Origin: Angustibacter luteus
GTDB taxonomy: Bacteria > Actinomycetota > Actinomycetes > Actinomycetales > Angustibacteraceae
NCBI RefSeq assembly: GCF_039541115.1
Contig: NZ_BAABFP010000002.1
Location: 682,001 to 746,000, forward strand
DNA: 64,000 bases
Reading direction: 5' to 3'
Below, one piece after another: positions 39,759 through 49,591 of the stretch. Under the pieces are notes generated by a model. It was given only the letters and a program-made list of their open reading frames with translations. It did no database searches and was not told the DNA's origin. How positions within the stretch are numbered: position 1 is the first letter of the stretch; each line of letters opens with the position of its first letter. The position numbers and the translations under genes are program-made.

Positions 39759-41018
39759 ATGACCGAGACCGGACGGATCTCCCGCCGGCGCTTCCTCGGC
39801 GGCCTCGGTGCCGCCGGGGCCGGCGCCGGGCTGGGTGCTGTCGCGGTCGCGGCGCACGCCCAGCCGCCGGACCCGGTGCCGGGCGGCTCCGGGGTCGGCG
39901 CGGGTGCCCGGGTGGACTTCCACGGCGTGCACCAGGCCGGGATCGGGACGGCGTCCCAGGACCGGTTGGCGTTCGCGGCCTTCGACGTCACCACCAAGGA
40001 CGCCGACGCGCTGCGCCGGGTGCTGACGGACTGGACCGCGGCCGCTGTCGCGATGACCCGGGGCGTGCCGGTGCCGGGGTCGTCGTCCGACCCGATCGCC
40101 CCGCCGGCGGACACCGGGGAGGCCCGTGGGTTGCCGCCGTCCGCGCTGACCGTCACGGTCGGGTTCGGTCCCTCGTTGTTCGACGAGCGGTTCGGGCTGG
40201 CGAGCCGTCGTCCCGCGGCGCTCGAGCCGATCCCCGCGCTGCCGGGCGACGAGCTGCAGCCGCAGCGGGTCGGCGGGGACCTGGTCATCCAGGCCTGCTC
40301 GAACGACCCGCAGGTCGCCTTCCACGTCATCCGCAACCTCGCCCGGATCGGCAGCGGTTCCGTGGCGATGCGCTGGTCGCAGCTCGGCTTCGGCCGGACG
40401 TCGGCCACCTCGGTGACCCAGTCCACGCCGCGCAACCTGATGGGTTTCAAGGACGGCACCCGCAACATCCGCGGCGAGGACACGGCGGCCATGGACAAGC
40501 ACGTCTGGGTCGGCGACGAGTCCGACCAGGACTGGATGCGCGGGGGCACCTACCTGGTGTCGCGGCGGATCCGGATGCTGGTCGAGTCCTGGGACCGCGA
40601 CTACCTTGCCGACCAGCAGGCCGTCTTCGGCCGGCACAAGGACTCTGGCGCGCCGCTGACCGGGACGGACGAGTTCGACGTGCCGGACTACCACGCCAAG
40701 GGCGCGGACGGCGAGACGGTCATCGCGCAGGACGCGCACATCCGGCTGGTCAGCCCGGAGAACAACGACGGCCTGACCATCCTGCGCCGCGGGTTCTCGT
40801 ACACGGACGGCATCGACGACATCGGGCTGCTGGACGCCGGGCTGTTCTTCATCGCGTTCCAGCAGGACCCGCGCAAGCAGTTCGTGCCGCTGCAGCGCAA
40901 GATCGGCCGGGTGGACGCGCTGAACGAGTACATCAAGCACACCGGCAGCGGGGTGTGGGCCTGCCCGCCGGGCCTGCCGGACGACACGCGCACCTGGGCC
41001 GACCAGCTCTTCGCCTGA
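39759..41018 (+). CDS. efeB: Tat-exported Dyp-type peroxidase/deferrochelatase
   Basis: SRRRFL Tat motif, HQAGI, GFKDGT, AHIRL, ILRRGFSY, LNEYIKH. Confidence 0.93.
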   Translation: MTETGRISRRRFLGGLGAAGAGAGLGAVAVAAHAQPPDPVPGGSGVGAGARVDFHGVHQAGIGTASQDRLAFAAFDVTTKDADALRRVLTDWTAAAVAMTRGVPVPGSSSDPIAPPADTGEARGLPPSALTVTVGFGPSLFDERFGLASRRPAALEPIPALPGDELQPQRVGGDLVIQACSNDPQVAFHVIRNLARIGSGSVAMRWSQLGFGRTSATSVTQSTPRNLMGFKDGTRNIRGEDTAAMDKHVWVGDESDQDWMRGGTYLVSRRIRMLVESWDRDYLADQQAVFGRHKDSGAPLTGTDEFDVPDYHAKGADGETVIAQDAHIRLVSPENNDGLTILRRGFSYTDGIDDIGLLDAGLFFIAFQQDPRKQFVPLQRKIGRVDALNEYIKHTGSGVWACPPGLPDDTRTWADQLFA

Positions 41019-41043
41019 CCCCGGTCAGCCCATCCCCCACCCA

Positions 41044-41106
41044 CGCACCATTCGCGCTTGACGTGCTTTTCGGGGCCTCATAGCCACGTGGAGCGCGAGA
41101 GGTGCG
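41044..41106 (+). repeat. REP-like imperfect palindrome, family B solo copy
   Basis: CGCACCATTCGCGCTTGACGTGCTTTTCGGGGCCTCATAGCCACGTGGAGCGCGAGAGGTGCG; between convergent efeB and carboxyltransferase. Confidence 0.9.
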
Positions 41107-41121
41107 GGCCTACCTTGGGGA

Positions 41122-42672
41122 TCAGACCGGGGGGACGCCGCGACGTCGGCTGGTGAAGGACCGGTCGCGGTTCGTGGCGTAGCGCAACCGCTGGCGCAGC
41201 TCCTCGCGCAGGTCCTCGGGCTCGACGACGCCGTCCAGCACGAGGTCGCTGACGAGGCGCTCGAGGTCGACGTCCTCCTCGTACTCGCGGCGCCGGTCGG
41301 CCACGAACTGGGCGCGCTCGTCCTCGTCCTCGATCGCCGCGATCTTGTTGGCGTACACGGCGTTCACGGCGGCGTCGGGGCCCATCACGGCGATCCGCGC
41401 GGTGGGCAGCGCGATGCACGCGTCGGGCCCGAAACCGGGGCCCGCCATGGCGTAGAGGCCGGCCCCGTACGCCTTGCGGACGACGACGCTGACCTGCGGC
41501 ACGGTCGCCTCGGACACCGCACTGACCATCTTCGCGCCGTGCCGGATGATGCCGCCGCGCTCGACCTCGGACCCGATCATGAAGCCCGGCACGTCGGCCA
41601 GGTAGATCAGCGGCACGTTGAACGCATCGCACCACCAGATGAACCGGGCGGCCTTGTCCGCGCTGTCCGCGAACAGCACGCCGCCGCGCACCATCGAGTT
41701 GTTGGCCACGATGCCGACGGTCTCGCCGTCCAGCCGGCCGAAGCCGGTGACCAGCTCGGCCGCGAACAGCGGCTTGACCTCGAAGAACGAGTCGTCGTCG
41801 ACGATGCCGTCGATGACGTCGTGGACGTCGAAGGGCTGGCTCTCGACCTCGGGGACCACCGTGGCGTCCAGCGGGGACGCGGGTCCCTCGCCGGCGTACG
41901 ACGGCGGCTTCTCGCGCCACGTCGACGGCAGGTAGGAGAACAGCAGCCGGGCCTGCTCGATCGCGTCCGTGTCGTCGACCGCCAGCAGGTCGCCGCAACC
42001 CGAGACGGTGCAGTGCATCCGCGCGCCGCCCATCTCCTCCAGCGACACCTTCTCGCCGACGACCATCTCGGCCATCCGGGGACTGCCCAGGTACATGGAA
42101 GCGTTGCCCTCCACCATGATCACGCAGTCGGTGAAGGACGGGATGTACGCGCCACCGGCCGCCGACGGGCCGAACAGGCAGCAGATCTGCGGCACCCGAC
42201 CGGACAGCGCGACCTGGTTGTGGAAGATCCGCCCGGCGCCGCGGCGTCCGGGGAAGAGGTCGACCTGGTCGGTGATCCGAGCGCCGGCCGAGTCGACGAA
42301 CCAGAACACCGGAAGCTCTTCGCGCAGAGCGGCTTCGGTCGCCCGGACGATCTTCTCGACCGTCCGCGCGCCCCACGACCCTGCCTTCACGGTCGGGTCG
42401 TTGGCGACCACGATCGCGGGACGGCCGTCGACCAGGCCGCGGCCGGTGACGACCCCGTCCGCGGGCAGCCCCTCGGCCATCGCGTTGGCGTATCGGCCGT
42501 CCTCGACGAACGAGCCCTCGTCGAACAGCAGGGCGATGCGCTCGCGGACGTAGAGCTTGTTCTGCCCGGCCAGCTTCTCGGCGGCCTTGGGCGTCGGCTC
42601 GGCCGAGGCCTCGTGCGCCGCCTTCAGCCGCGCCCGGACCTCGGCGACCCTGGGGTCGGCCGGGTGGGTCAC
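41122..42672 (-). CDS. Acyl-CoA carboxylase beta subunit (methylcrotonyl-CoA carboxylase-like)
   Basis: KLYVRERI, ANDPTVKAGSWG, DSAGARI, AAGGAYIP, RKAYGAGLYAM. Confidence 0.88.
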   Translation of the reverse strand: MTHPADPRVAEVRARLKAAHEASAEPTPKAAEKLAGQNKLYVRERIALLFDEGSFVEDGRYANAMAEGLPADGVVTGRGLVDGRPAIVVANDPTVKAGSWGARTVEKIVRATEAALREELPVFWFVDSAGARITDQVDLFPGRRGAGRIFHNQVALSGRVPQICCLFGPSAAGGAYIPSFTDCVIMVEGNASMYLGSPRMAEMVVGEKVSLEEMGGARMHCTVSGCGDLLAVDDTDAIEQARLLFSYLPSTWREKPPSYAGEGPASPLDATVVPEVESQPFDVHDVIDGIVDDDSFFEVKPLFAAELVTGFGRLDGETVGIVANNSMVRGGVLFADSADKAARFIWWCDAFNVPLIYLADVPGFMIGSEVERGGIIRHGAKMVSAVSEATVPQVSVVVRKAYGAGLYAMAGPGFGPDACIALPTARIAVMGPDAAVNAVYANKIAAIEDEDERAQFVADRRREYEEDVDLERLVSDLVLDGVVEPEDLREELRQRLRYATNRDRSFTSRRRGVPPV

Positions 42673-43859
42673 GACGGCAGCCCGAGGCCGCGCGCGATGA
42701 CCATGCGCTGCACCTCGCTGGTGCCCTCGCCGATCTCCAGGATCTTGGCGTCCCGGTAGAACCGCGCGACGGGGTACTCCTCCATGAAACCGTTGCCGCC
42801 GAAGATCTGCGTGGCGATCCGGGTGGCGTTGACCGCGGCCTCGGTGGAGTAGAGCTTGGCGATGGCGGCCGCCTGCTTGACCTCGGCCACGCTGCGCTGG
42901 CCCTCGTGGTGCAGGTCCTTGAGCCAGGCGGCCTTGTAGGTCAGCATCCGGGCCGCCTCGACCGAGACGGCGAGGTCGGCGACCTGGAACGAGACGCCCT
43001 GGTTCACGCCGATCGGGCGACCGAACGCGGTGCGGGTCTTGGCGTACTCGGTGCTCGCCTCGAGGCAGGCCTGGGCCAGTCCGACGGCCAGCGCGGAGAT
43101 CGCGATGCGGCCGTCGTCCAGCGTCTTGAGGAACTGCTTGAAGCCCGCGCCGCGCGCCCCCAGGAGGTGGTCGGCCGGCACCCGCGCGCCGTCGAAGCTG
43201 AGGCCGTGCGTGTCGCTGGCGTGCCAGCCGAGCTTCTCGTAGGCCGGCTCGACCGTGAAACCCGGTGTGCCAGAGGGGACCAGGATCGCCGAGATCTCGG
43301 GGCGGCCGTCGTCCAGGGTGCCGGTTCGGGCCGTCACGGTGACCACGCTGGTGATGTCCGTGCCCGAGTTGGTGATGAAGGCCTTGGCGCCGTCGACGAC
43401 CCACTCGGCCGACTCGCCGTCGCCCTCGAGCCGGGCCTTGGTGCGGCTCGCACCCGCGTCGGACCCGGCGTCCGGCTCGGTCAGCCCGAAGGCCGCCAGG
43501 GCCCGGCCCGCAACGAGATCCGGCAGCCAGCGCTGCTTCTGCTCGTCCGTGCCGTAGCTCAGGATCGGGTTGATGCCCAGGCCCACGCCCGCGGACAGGG
43601 TGATGCCGATCGACTGGTCGACCCGGCCGAGCTCCTCGATCGCCACGCAGAGCGACGTGAAGTCGCCGCCGGCGCCGCCGTACTCCTCCGGCACGACCAG
43701 CCCGAACAGCCCGAGGTCGCCCATCTGCGGCACCAGCTCGACCGGGAAGCGGTGCTCGCGGTCCCACTGGGCGGCGTGCGGAGCGATCTGCTCGGTGGCG
43801 AACTCGCGCACGACCGAGCGGAAGTCCTCGTGCTCCTTGGACAGTTCGAAGGCGGTCAT
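42669..43859 (-). CDS. Acyl-CoA dehydrogenase
   Basis: FGLTEPDAGSD, GAKAFITN, KLGWHASDT, QIFGGNGF, EIGEGTSEVQR. Confidence 0.94.
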   Translation of the reverse strand: MTAFELSKEHEDFRSVVREFATEQIAPHAAQWDREHRFPVELVPQMGDLGLFGLVVPEEYGGAGGDFTSLCVAIEELGRVDQSIGITLSAGVGLGINPILSYGTDEQKQRWLPDLVAGRALAAFGLTEPDAGSDAGASRTKARLEGDGESAEWVVDGAKAFITNSGTDITSVVTVTARTGTLDDGRPEISAILVPSGTPGFTVEPAYEKLGWHASDTHGLSFDGARVPADHLLGARGAGFKQFLKTLDDGRIAISALAVGLAQACLEASTEYAKTRTAFGRPIGVNQGVSFQVADLAVSVEAARMLTYKAAWLKDLHHEGQRSVAEVKQAAAIAKLYSTEAAVNATRIATQIFGGNGFMEEYPVARFYRDAKILEIGEGTSEVQRMVIARGLGLPS

Positions 43860-43880
43860 CGTTGATCTCCTGAACGGTTC

Positions 43881-43902
43881 TTGACGTTGACGTAAACGTA
43901 AA
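43881..43902. promoter_or_regulatory. LiuR-type operator (overlapping ACGT-NN-ACGT boxes) in divergent promoter
   Basis: TTGACGTTGACGTAAACGTAAA resembles LiuR consensus TTTACGTWWACGTAAA; lies between acyl-CoA dehydrogenase and MerR gene. Confidence 0.8.
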
Positions 43903-43907
43903 GCACG

Positions 43908-44336
43908 ATGGCGGTCATGTCCACCCGCTCAGGCAGCTCCGCGGCCACCGCCCCGGCCCGCACGTGGAGCATCGCCGAGGTGGCCGAGGAGTTCGGCATC
44001 ACCCACCGCACGATCCGCTACTACGAGGACGTCGGCCTGGTGTCACCCGAGCGCCGCGGCACCGTGCGCGTCTTCCACCCCCGCGACCGGATCCGGCTGC
44101 AGCTGGTCCTGCGCGGCAAGCGGCTGGGCTTCCCGCTCGAGGAGATCCGGACCATCGTCGACATGTACGACCAGCAGCCGGGCGAGGCGGGCCAGCTGCG
44201 CTACCTGCTCGGCCAGATCGGCGACCGGCGGGCCGAGCTGGAGGAACGGCGCCGGGACGTCGAGTCCGCCCTCGCCGAGCTGGCGGACCTCGAGCGGCGC
44301 TGCGAGGACGACCTGCGAGTCCTGCGCACCGACTGA
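43908..44336 (+). CDS. MerR-family regulator (LiuR-like)
   Basis: WSIAEVAEEFGITHRTIRYYED.GL, LRGKRLGFPLEEI. Confidence 0.9.
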   Translation: MAVMSTRSGSSAATAPARTWSIAEVAEEFGITHRTIRYYEDVGLVSPERRGTVRVFHPRDRIRLQLVLRGKRLGFPLEEIRTIVDMYDQQPGEAGQLRYLLGQIGDRRAELEERRRDVESALAELADLERRCEDDLRVLRTD

Positions 44337-44352
44337 CCACTGTCGGTCCGTT

Positions 44353-46368
44353 GTGCCACCATTGGCGGCGCCGAAGGGGGGCCCGTTGCACGCAGGAGCA
44401 CGTCGTGGTGCGTCGGCGCGCCGCCGTGCGCTCGCCTGCCTGGCGGTGCTCGGGGTGGCCCTGGCCCTCCTGCTCGCAGGGCTCGTCTCGCCTGCGGCCA
44501 GCTCCGCTGCCGACCCTGACGACCAGGCCGGACGCCTGCTCCTGCTGCTGGACGTGTCCGGCTCGATGAAGGAGAAGGACGCCAGCGGCCAGCCCAAGAT
44601 CGTCGGCGCCAAGCACGCCCTGGACGACCTGATCCCGACCCTGCCGCGGGACGCCGCCGTCGGGCTGCGGGTCTACGGCGCGACCGTCAAGGGCGGCAAG
44701 CCGACCCCACAGGCCTGCCGGGACACCCAGCTGGCCGTCCCGCTCGGCACCGACAACCGCGCCCAGCTGCGCGCGGCCGTGGACGCCGTCCAGCCCAAGG
44801 GCGAGACGCCGATCGCCTACTCGTTGCGGCAGGCGGCCCACGACCTCGGCAGCACCGGCCCCCGCAGCATCGTGCTCGTCTCGGACGGTGAGGAGTCCTG
44901 CGTCAAGGACGTCTGCCCGGCGGCGCGTGCGCTGTCCGCCGCCCAGATCGACCTGAAGATCGACGTGATCGGGCTCGGCGTCGACTCGACCACCCGCAAG
45001 CAGCTGGCGTGCATCGCCAGGGAGGGCAGGGGCCGCTACTACGACGCGCGCGACGCGGCCGACCTCGGCGTCTCGGTCACCACGGCGTCCCTGCGCGCCC
45101 TGCGACCGTTCCGGTTCAACGGGTCCACGATCCGCGGCAGCGCCGACCCGGCCAGGCCCACGGACGTCGGCCCCGGGCTCTTCGTGGACTCCCTCGGGCC
45201 GCGCCCGGCTCAGCGCAGCTACCGGCTCACGACCCTGCCCGGCGCGACGTACCACGTGAACGTGACGATGCGCCCGGACGCCGCCACCTACGGCGCGCAG
45301 GACGCGATCAGGCTGCGGCTGCGCGCACCCGACGGAACGGTGTGCGGCGAGCAGAGCGCCCGCCGCGTCTCCCCGGGCCGGGTTGCCAGCCTGCTCGTCG
45401 CAACCGCCAACGCGGCCGTGTCCGCCGACCCCCGCGACGCGGGCCGCCCGTGCGGCTCGCCGAAGGCGCTCACCGTCACCGTGGACCGCGACGTCTCCGG
45501 TGCCGTGACATCCGGCCGGGCCACGCCGTACGAGCTCGTCGTCCTGGAGGAGCCCCCGCTGGCCGGCAACCAGTCCCTGCCCGCCGGGGCCGCCGACGTC
45601 CGCCCGGCGCCGGTGCCCGCCGCCGAGCCCACCCGTCCCGTCGTGGGCGGGTCGTCGTTCAGCCTCGCCGCCACCCTCACCGCGGGTTCGTGGACGGACT
45701 CGATCCGCCCCGGTGAGGTGCTCGTCTACCGGGTGCGGACCCAGTGGGGACAGCGGGCCGTGGTCAGCCTCAACGCGCTAGCCGGCGACACCGGCACCCG
45801 CCTGCAGGCCGCCGGGGTGAACGCCGTCCCCGTCGACCTGCGCAGCTTCGCCCCGGACCGGCGCGACGTCACCCCGGCGCCGCTGTCCGCGCGGTACTCC
45901 GGCTCGCCGTTCGCCCTCACCGCCGCCAGCCCCACCGCGACGTACCGCAACCGCGAGGTCTCCCCCACCGGCGACAGCGCGCTCGCCGGCTACAGCTACT
46001 TCGTGGTGCAGGCCGGTGAGAGCACCAACGAGTTCGCCGTGCCGCTGCGGTTGGACGTCGCCGTCACCGGTGCCGCGTCAGCCGGCCCGCAGTACGCGCC
46101 GGGCTCCGGGAAGGTGGCCGCGGCCAGCACCCCGAGCGCCCAGCCCTCCAGCCAGCCCTCCGGCCAGCCCTCCAGCCAGCCCTCCAGCCAGCCCGGCTCG
46201 CCCGGGGCCGGCGCCGGCGGGTCGACGTCCGGGGCCGCGGCCACCGACACCGGCGCCTCGTCGGCCCTGCCGTGGCTGCTCGGCGGCGTCGCCGCCGTCG
46301 CCGTGCTCGCCCTGCTCTTCCGGGTCGGTCACGTCGGGATGCTGATCGGCCGCATCCGGCACCGTTGA
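44353..46368 (+). CDS. Secreted, C-terminally anchored VWA-domain protein
   Basis: Signal peptide, MIDAS DVSGSM, GETPIA, LVSDGEESC; S/P-rich stalk and terminal TM; start uncertain. Confidence 0.85.
   Translation: MPPLAAPKGGPLHAGARRGASARRRALACLAVLGVALALLLAGLVSPAASSAADPDDQAGRLLLLLDVSGSMKEKDASGQPKIVGAKHALDDLIPTLPRDAAVGLRVYGATVKGGKPTPQACRDTQLAVPLGTDNRAQLRAAVDAVQPKGETPIAYSLRQAAHDLGSTGPRSIVLVSDGEESCVKDVCPAARALSAAQIDLKIDVIGLGVDSTTRKQLACIAREGRGRYYDARDAADLGVSVTTASLRALRPFRFNGSTIRGSADPARPTDVGPGLFVDSLGPRPAQRSYRLTTLPGATYHVNVTMRPDAATYGAQDAIRLRLRAPDGTVCGEQSARRVSPGRVASLLVATANAAVSADPRDAGRPCGSPKALTVTVDRDVSGAVTSGRATPYELVVLEEPPLAGNQSLPAGAADVRPAPVPAAEPTRPVVGGSSFSLAATLTAGSWTDSIRPGEVLVYRVRTQWGQRAVVSLNALAGDTGTRLQAAGVNAVPVDLRSFAPDRRDVTPAPLSARYSGSPFALTAASPTATYRNREVSPTGDSALAGYSYFVVQAGESTNEFAVPLRLDVAVTGAASAGPQYAPGSGKVAAASTPSAQPSSQPSGQPSSQPSSQPGSPGAGAGGSTSGAAATDTGASSALPWLLGGVAAVAVLALLFRVGHVGMLIGRIRHR
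46141..46194 (+). repeat. 12-bp coding tandem repeat (QPSS/QPSG x4)
   Basis: CAGCCCTCC(A/G)GC x4 plus partial, in VWA protein stalk. Confidence 0.85.
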
Positions 46369-46385
46369 GGCCCGGGGCGGACGCG

Positions 46386-47468
46386 CTAGCGGACCTGCCA
46401 GAGGTACGTCCCGTCGGGCTGCTCCCGGCAGGTCAGGGTCGTCGTCCCGGAGCGTTCGAGCACGCCGACGTCGTAGAACCCGCAGGGGGCGCCGGCCTGC
46501 GCCGAGGCCGCCGGGCTCGCCAGCACGGTCGGTGAGCTGCCCGACGGCGCGGTCGATCCGGTCGTCCCGCCCGCGCCGGTCGCCCCCGTCGAGGCTGCGG
46601 GGTCGGACGTGCCGGTCGCCGTCGTCGCACCGCCCCGCAGTGCGACCACCAGTCCCGCGACGCAGCCCAGCACCACCAGCACGAGCACCACGTCGAGCGG
46701 GCGGAGCCGACGTCGCGCGTCCGGGACGACGGTCGCCGACTCCGCCGCGCCGGCCACCGTGGGACCCTCCGGTGCCCAACCGTCCGGCAGCGGCGGCAAG
46801 GGCGGCGGGTCGGGCAGCGGCGCCGGCTCCCCGGCCGCAGGGGCCAGCCGCCGGCGCGCCTCCTCGGCGCTGCCGAGCGCCCCGGACCGCACCTCGTCCA
46901 CCAGCACGGTCAGCCGCGCGGCCAGCGCCTCGGGGCACAGCTGGTGGTCGCCGACGACGCGCAGCAGCTGCTCCAGGTCACGGCGGCGGGCGGACGCCGG
47001 CGCCACCCCGGTCGCCGACGCCGTGCTCAGGTGCACGGCGACCCGCCCGTCGACACCCCTGCGCAGCACCAGGTCGTGGGCCGCGATCTCGCCCAGCGAC
47101 ACGTGCTGGGCGTGCAGCCCGGCCAGCGCCAGCAGGGCGCCGTCCAGCACCGTGGGCAGGTCGGGAGCAACGGCGCCGGACGCCTCGGGGTAGCCGGCCA
47201 GGCTGCGTCGCGGGGAGAGGTCACCGACCAGCGCGACCAGCCGCGGCGACGTCCGCTCGACGCGGCGCAGCGGCACCTCCAGCCCGGGGGTGCCGGCGAG
47301 CCGCTGGTCGAGGTCGGTCTGCGGGTCCCGCAACGTCCGGGCGTGCCGCAGGTCGGCGAGCACGTACTGCTCGGCCTCGGCGTCCCAGGCCCGCCACGTG
47401 CCGAGGCCGGGGTCGTCGTCCGGTACCAGGACGTCGACGAGCACGAGCTCCCCCACCCGCTCGACCAT
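46386..47468 (-). CDS. Membrane-anchored degenerate Ser/Thr kinase-like protein (putative pseudokinase)
   Basis: WRAWD..YVLAD and LALAGLHAQHVSLGEIAAHDLVL echo kinase subdomains I-II and VI without the Lys, HRD or DFG; Pro-rich linker, TM, Cys-bracketed C-terminal domain. Confidence 0.55.
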   Translation of the reverse strand: MVERVGELVLVDVLVPDDDPGLGTWRAWDAEAEQYVLADLRHARTLRDPQTDLDQRLAGTPGLEVPLRRVERTSPRLVALVGDLSPRRSLAGYPEASGAVAPDLPTVLDGALLALAGLHAQHVSLGEIAAHDLVLRRGVDGRVAVHLSTASATGVAPASARRRDLEQLLRVVGDHQLCPEALAARLTVLVDEVRSGALGSAEEARRRLAPAAGEPAPLPDPPPLPPLPDGWAPEGPTVAGAAESATVVPDARRRLRPLDVVLVLVVLGCVAGLVVALRGGATTATGTSDPAASTGATGAGGTTGSTAPSGSSPTVLASPAASAQAGAPCGFYDVGVLERSGTTTLTCREQPDGTYLWQVR

Positions 47469-47625
47469 CCCGGCGCTCCCGATCGTCTCGTCGTCCCGTC
47501 GCAACCTGCCCGAGCGACCTACCGTAGCCAGCGGGTCCGACGCGGCGCGCTAGGCTCGCGCCCGGTCGGAGGGAGCATCGATGACGATGGACGGAGCGGG
47601 CGAGATGGGACGACACGGGAACCGG

Positions 47626-49410
47626 ATGATCACCAAGGTGCTCATCGCGAACCGCGGCGAGATCGCGGTCCGGATCGCCCGCGCCTGCGCCGACTCGGGG
47701 ATCGCCTCGGTCGCGGTCTACGCCGATCCCGACCGGGACGCGCTGCACGTCAAGGTCGCCGACGAGGCCTTCGCGCTGGGCGGCTCGACCCCCGGCGACT
47801 CCTACCTGCTGCAGGACAAGCTGCTCGAGGTCGCGGCCCAGGCCGGCGCCGACGCCGTGCACCCCGGCTACGGGTTCCTCGCCGAGAACGCCTCGTTCGC
47901 CCAGGCCGTGCTGGACGCCGGGCTGGTCTGGATCGGCCCGTCCCCGGAGGCCATCGACTCCCTCGGCGACAAGGTCAAGGCCCGGCACATCGCCGAGCGG
48001 GCCGGCGCCCCGCTGGTCGCCGGCACGCACGACCCGGTGGACGGCGCGGACGAGGTGCTCGCGTTCGCCGACGAGCACGGCCTGCCGGTCGCGATCAAGG
48101 CCGCGTACGGCGGCGGTGGGCGCGGACTGAAGGTCGCCCGCGAGCGGGACGAGATCCCCGAGCTGTTCGAGTCCGCGGTGCGCGAGGCCGTGTCGGCGTT
48201 CGGGCGCGGCGAGTGCTTCGTCGAGAAGTACCTCGACCAGCCGCGGCACGTCGAGACCCAGTGCCTGGCCGACAACCACGGCAACGTCGTCGTCGTGTCG
48301 ACCCGCGACTGCTCGCTGCAGCGCCGGCACCAGAAGCTCGTCGAGGAGGCGCCCGCGCCCTTCCTGTCCGACGAGCAGAACGCCGAGCTGTACCGCGCGT
48401 CCAAGGCCATCCTGCGCGAGGCCGGCTACTCGGGCGCCGGCACCTGCGAGTTCCTGGTCGGCCAGGACGGCACCATCTCGTTCCTCGAGGTCAACACCCG
48501 CTTGCAGGTCGAGCACCCGGTCACCGAGGAGGTCTCCGGCATCGACCTGGTGCGCGAGCAGCTGCGCATCGCCTCGGGTGAGGAGCTCGGCTACGACGAC
48601 CCGCCGCTGCGCGGGCACTCGTTCGAGTTCCGGATCAACGGCGAGGACGCCGGTCGGGGCTTCCTGCCGGCGCCGGGGACCGTCTCGTTGTTCACCCCGC
48701 CGTCCGGGCCTGGCGTCCGGCTGGACTCGGGCGTGGTGTCCGGCGACGTGATCAGCGGGGCCTTCGACTCGATGCTGGCCAAGCTGGTGGTGACCGGGTC
48801 CACGCGCGAGCAGGCGCTGGAGCGCTCGCGGCGCGCGCTGGACGAGTTCGTCGTGGAGGGCATGCCGACCGTGCTGCCGTTCCACCGCGTCGTCGTGCGG
48901 GACCCGGCGTTCGCGCCGTCCGAGCCGTCGACGCCGTTCTCCGTGCACACCCGGTGGATCGAGACGGAGTTCGACAACACGATCGAGCCGTTCGGCGGGG
49001 CCGCCGGTGAGGCTGCCGACGAGGGCGAGCGCCAGCGGGTCGTCGTCGAGGTGGGCGGCAAGCGGCTCGAGGTCGTGCTGCCGGCGGGGTTCAGCGCCGG
49101 CAGCTCGGGCGGTAGCGGCGGAGGTGGCGCGAAGGCCAAGGCACCCAAGCGGTCGGGGCGCTCCTCGTCCGGTGCCGCAGCGTCCGGTGACGCGCTGACC
49201 GCGCCCATGCAGGGCACGATCGTGAAGATCGCCGTCGAGGAGGGCCAGTCCGTCGAGGCTGGTGAGCTCGTGGTCGTCCTCGAGGCGATGAAGATGGAGC
49301 AGCCGATCACCGCGCACAAGGCCGGCGTGGTGACCGGTCTGGCCGCCGAGATCGGCCAGACCGTGACCAGCGGCGCCGTCCTCCTCGAGCTCAAGGACCC
49401 CCCGGCCTAA
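47626..49410 (+). CDS. Acyl-CoA carboxylase alpha subunit (biotin carboxylase + BCCP; AccA3/BccA-like)
   Basis: [44 protein letters not shown] biotinylation motif. Confidence 0.96.
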   Translation: MITKVLIANRGEIAVRIARACADSGIASVAVYADPDRDALHVKVADEAFALGGSTPGDSYLLQDKLLEVAAQAGADAVHPGYGFLAENASFAQAVLDAGLVWIGPSPEAIDSLGDKVKARHIAERAGAPLVAGTHDPVDGADEVLAFADEHGLPVAIKAAYGGGGRGLKVARERDEIPELFESAVREAVSAFGRGECFVEKYLDQPRHVETQCLADNHGNVVVVSTRDCSLQRRHQKLVEEAPAPFLSDEQNAELYRASKAILREAGYSGAGTCEFLVGQDGTISFLEVNTRLQVEHPVTEEVSGIDLVREQLRIASGEELGYDDPPLRGHSFEFRINGEDAGRGFLPAPGTVSLFTPPSGPGVRLDSGVVSGDVISGAFDSMLAKLVVTGSTREQALERSRRALDEFVVEGMPTVLPFHRVVVRDPAFAPSEPSTPFSVHTRWIETEFDNTIEPFGGAAGEAADEGERQRVVVEVGGKRLEVVLPAGFSAGSSGGSGGGGAKAKAPKRSGRSSSGAAASGDALTAPMQGTIVKIAVEEGQSVEAGELVVVLEAMKMEQPITAHKAGVVTGLAAEIGQTVTSGAVLLELKDPPA

Positions 49411-49428
49411 CCCCCTCCCGCCCGACCC

Positions 49429-49489
49429 CGCACCATTCGCGCTTCACGTGGTTTTCGCGGCCTCATAGCCACAAGTTGCGCGATTGGTG
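49429..49489 (+). repeat. Family B palindrome, left end of DUF559 cassette
   Basis: CGCACCATTCGCGCTTCACGTGGTTTTCGCGGCCTCATAGCCACAAGTTGCGCGATTGGTG. Confidence 0.9.
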
Positions 49490-49591
49490 ACGCTCCTGCT
49501 CCCGTCATCCACAGGATCGGGGTTCGTCACACCGTCCACAGATCGCGTCCGCGGCCAGCGACAGCGTTCATCGGCGGGACATCGTCCTGGC

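Noticed and set aside
46141..46194. QPSS tandem repeat as a distinct element
   Set aside because: Ordinary low-complexity stalk of a surface protein.
49096..49185. Gly/Ser/Lys-rich low-complexity stretch in biotin carboxylase
   Set aside because: Normal flexible linker before the BCCP domain.
49484..49591. N-terminal extension of DUF559 ORF from TTG 49484
   Set aside because: Start lies within the repeat and the extension is not protein-like; ATG 49592 preferred.
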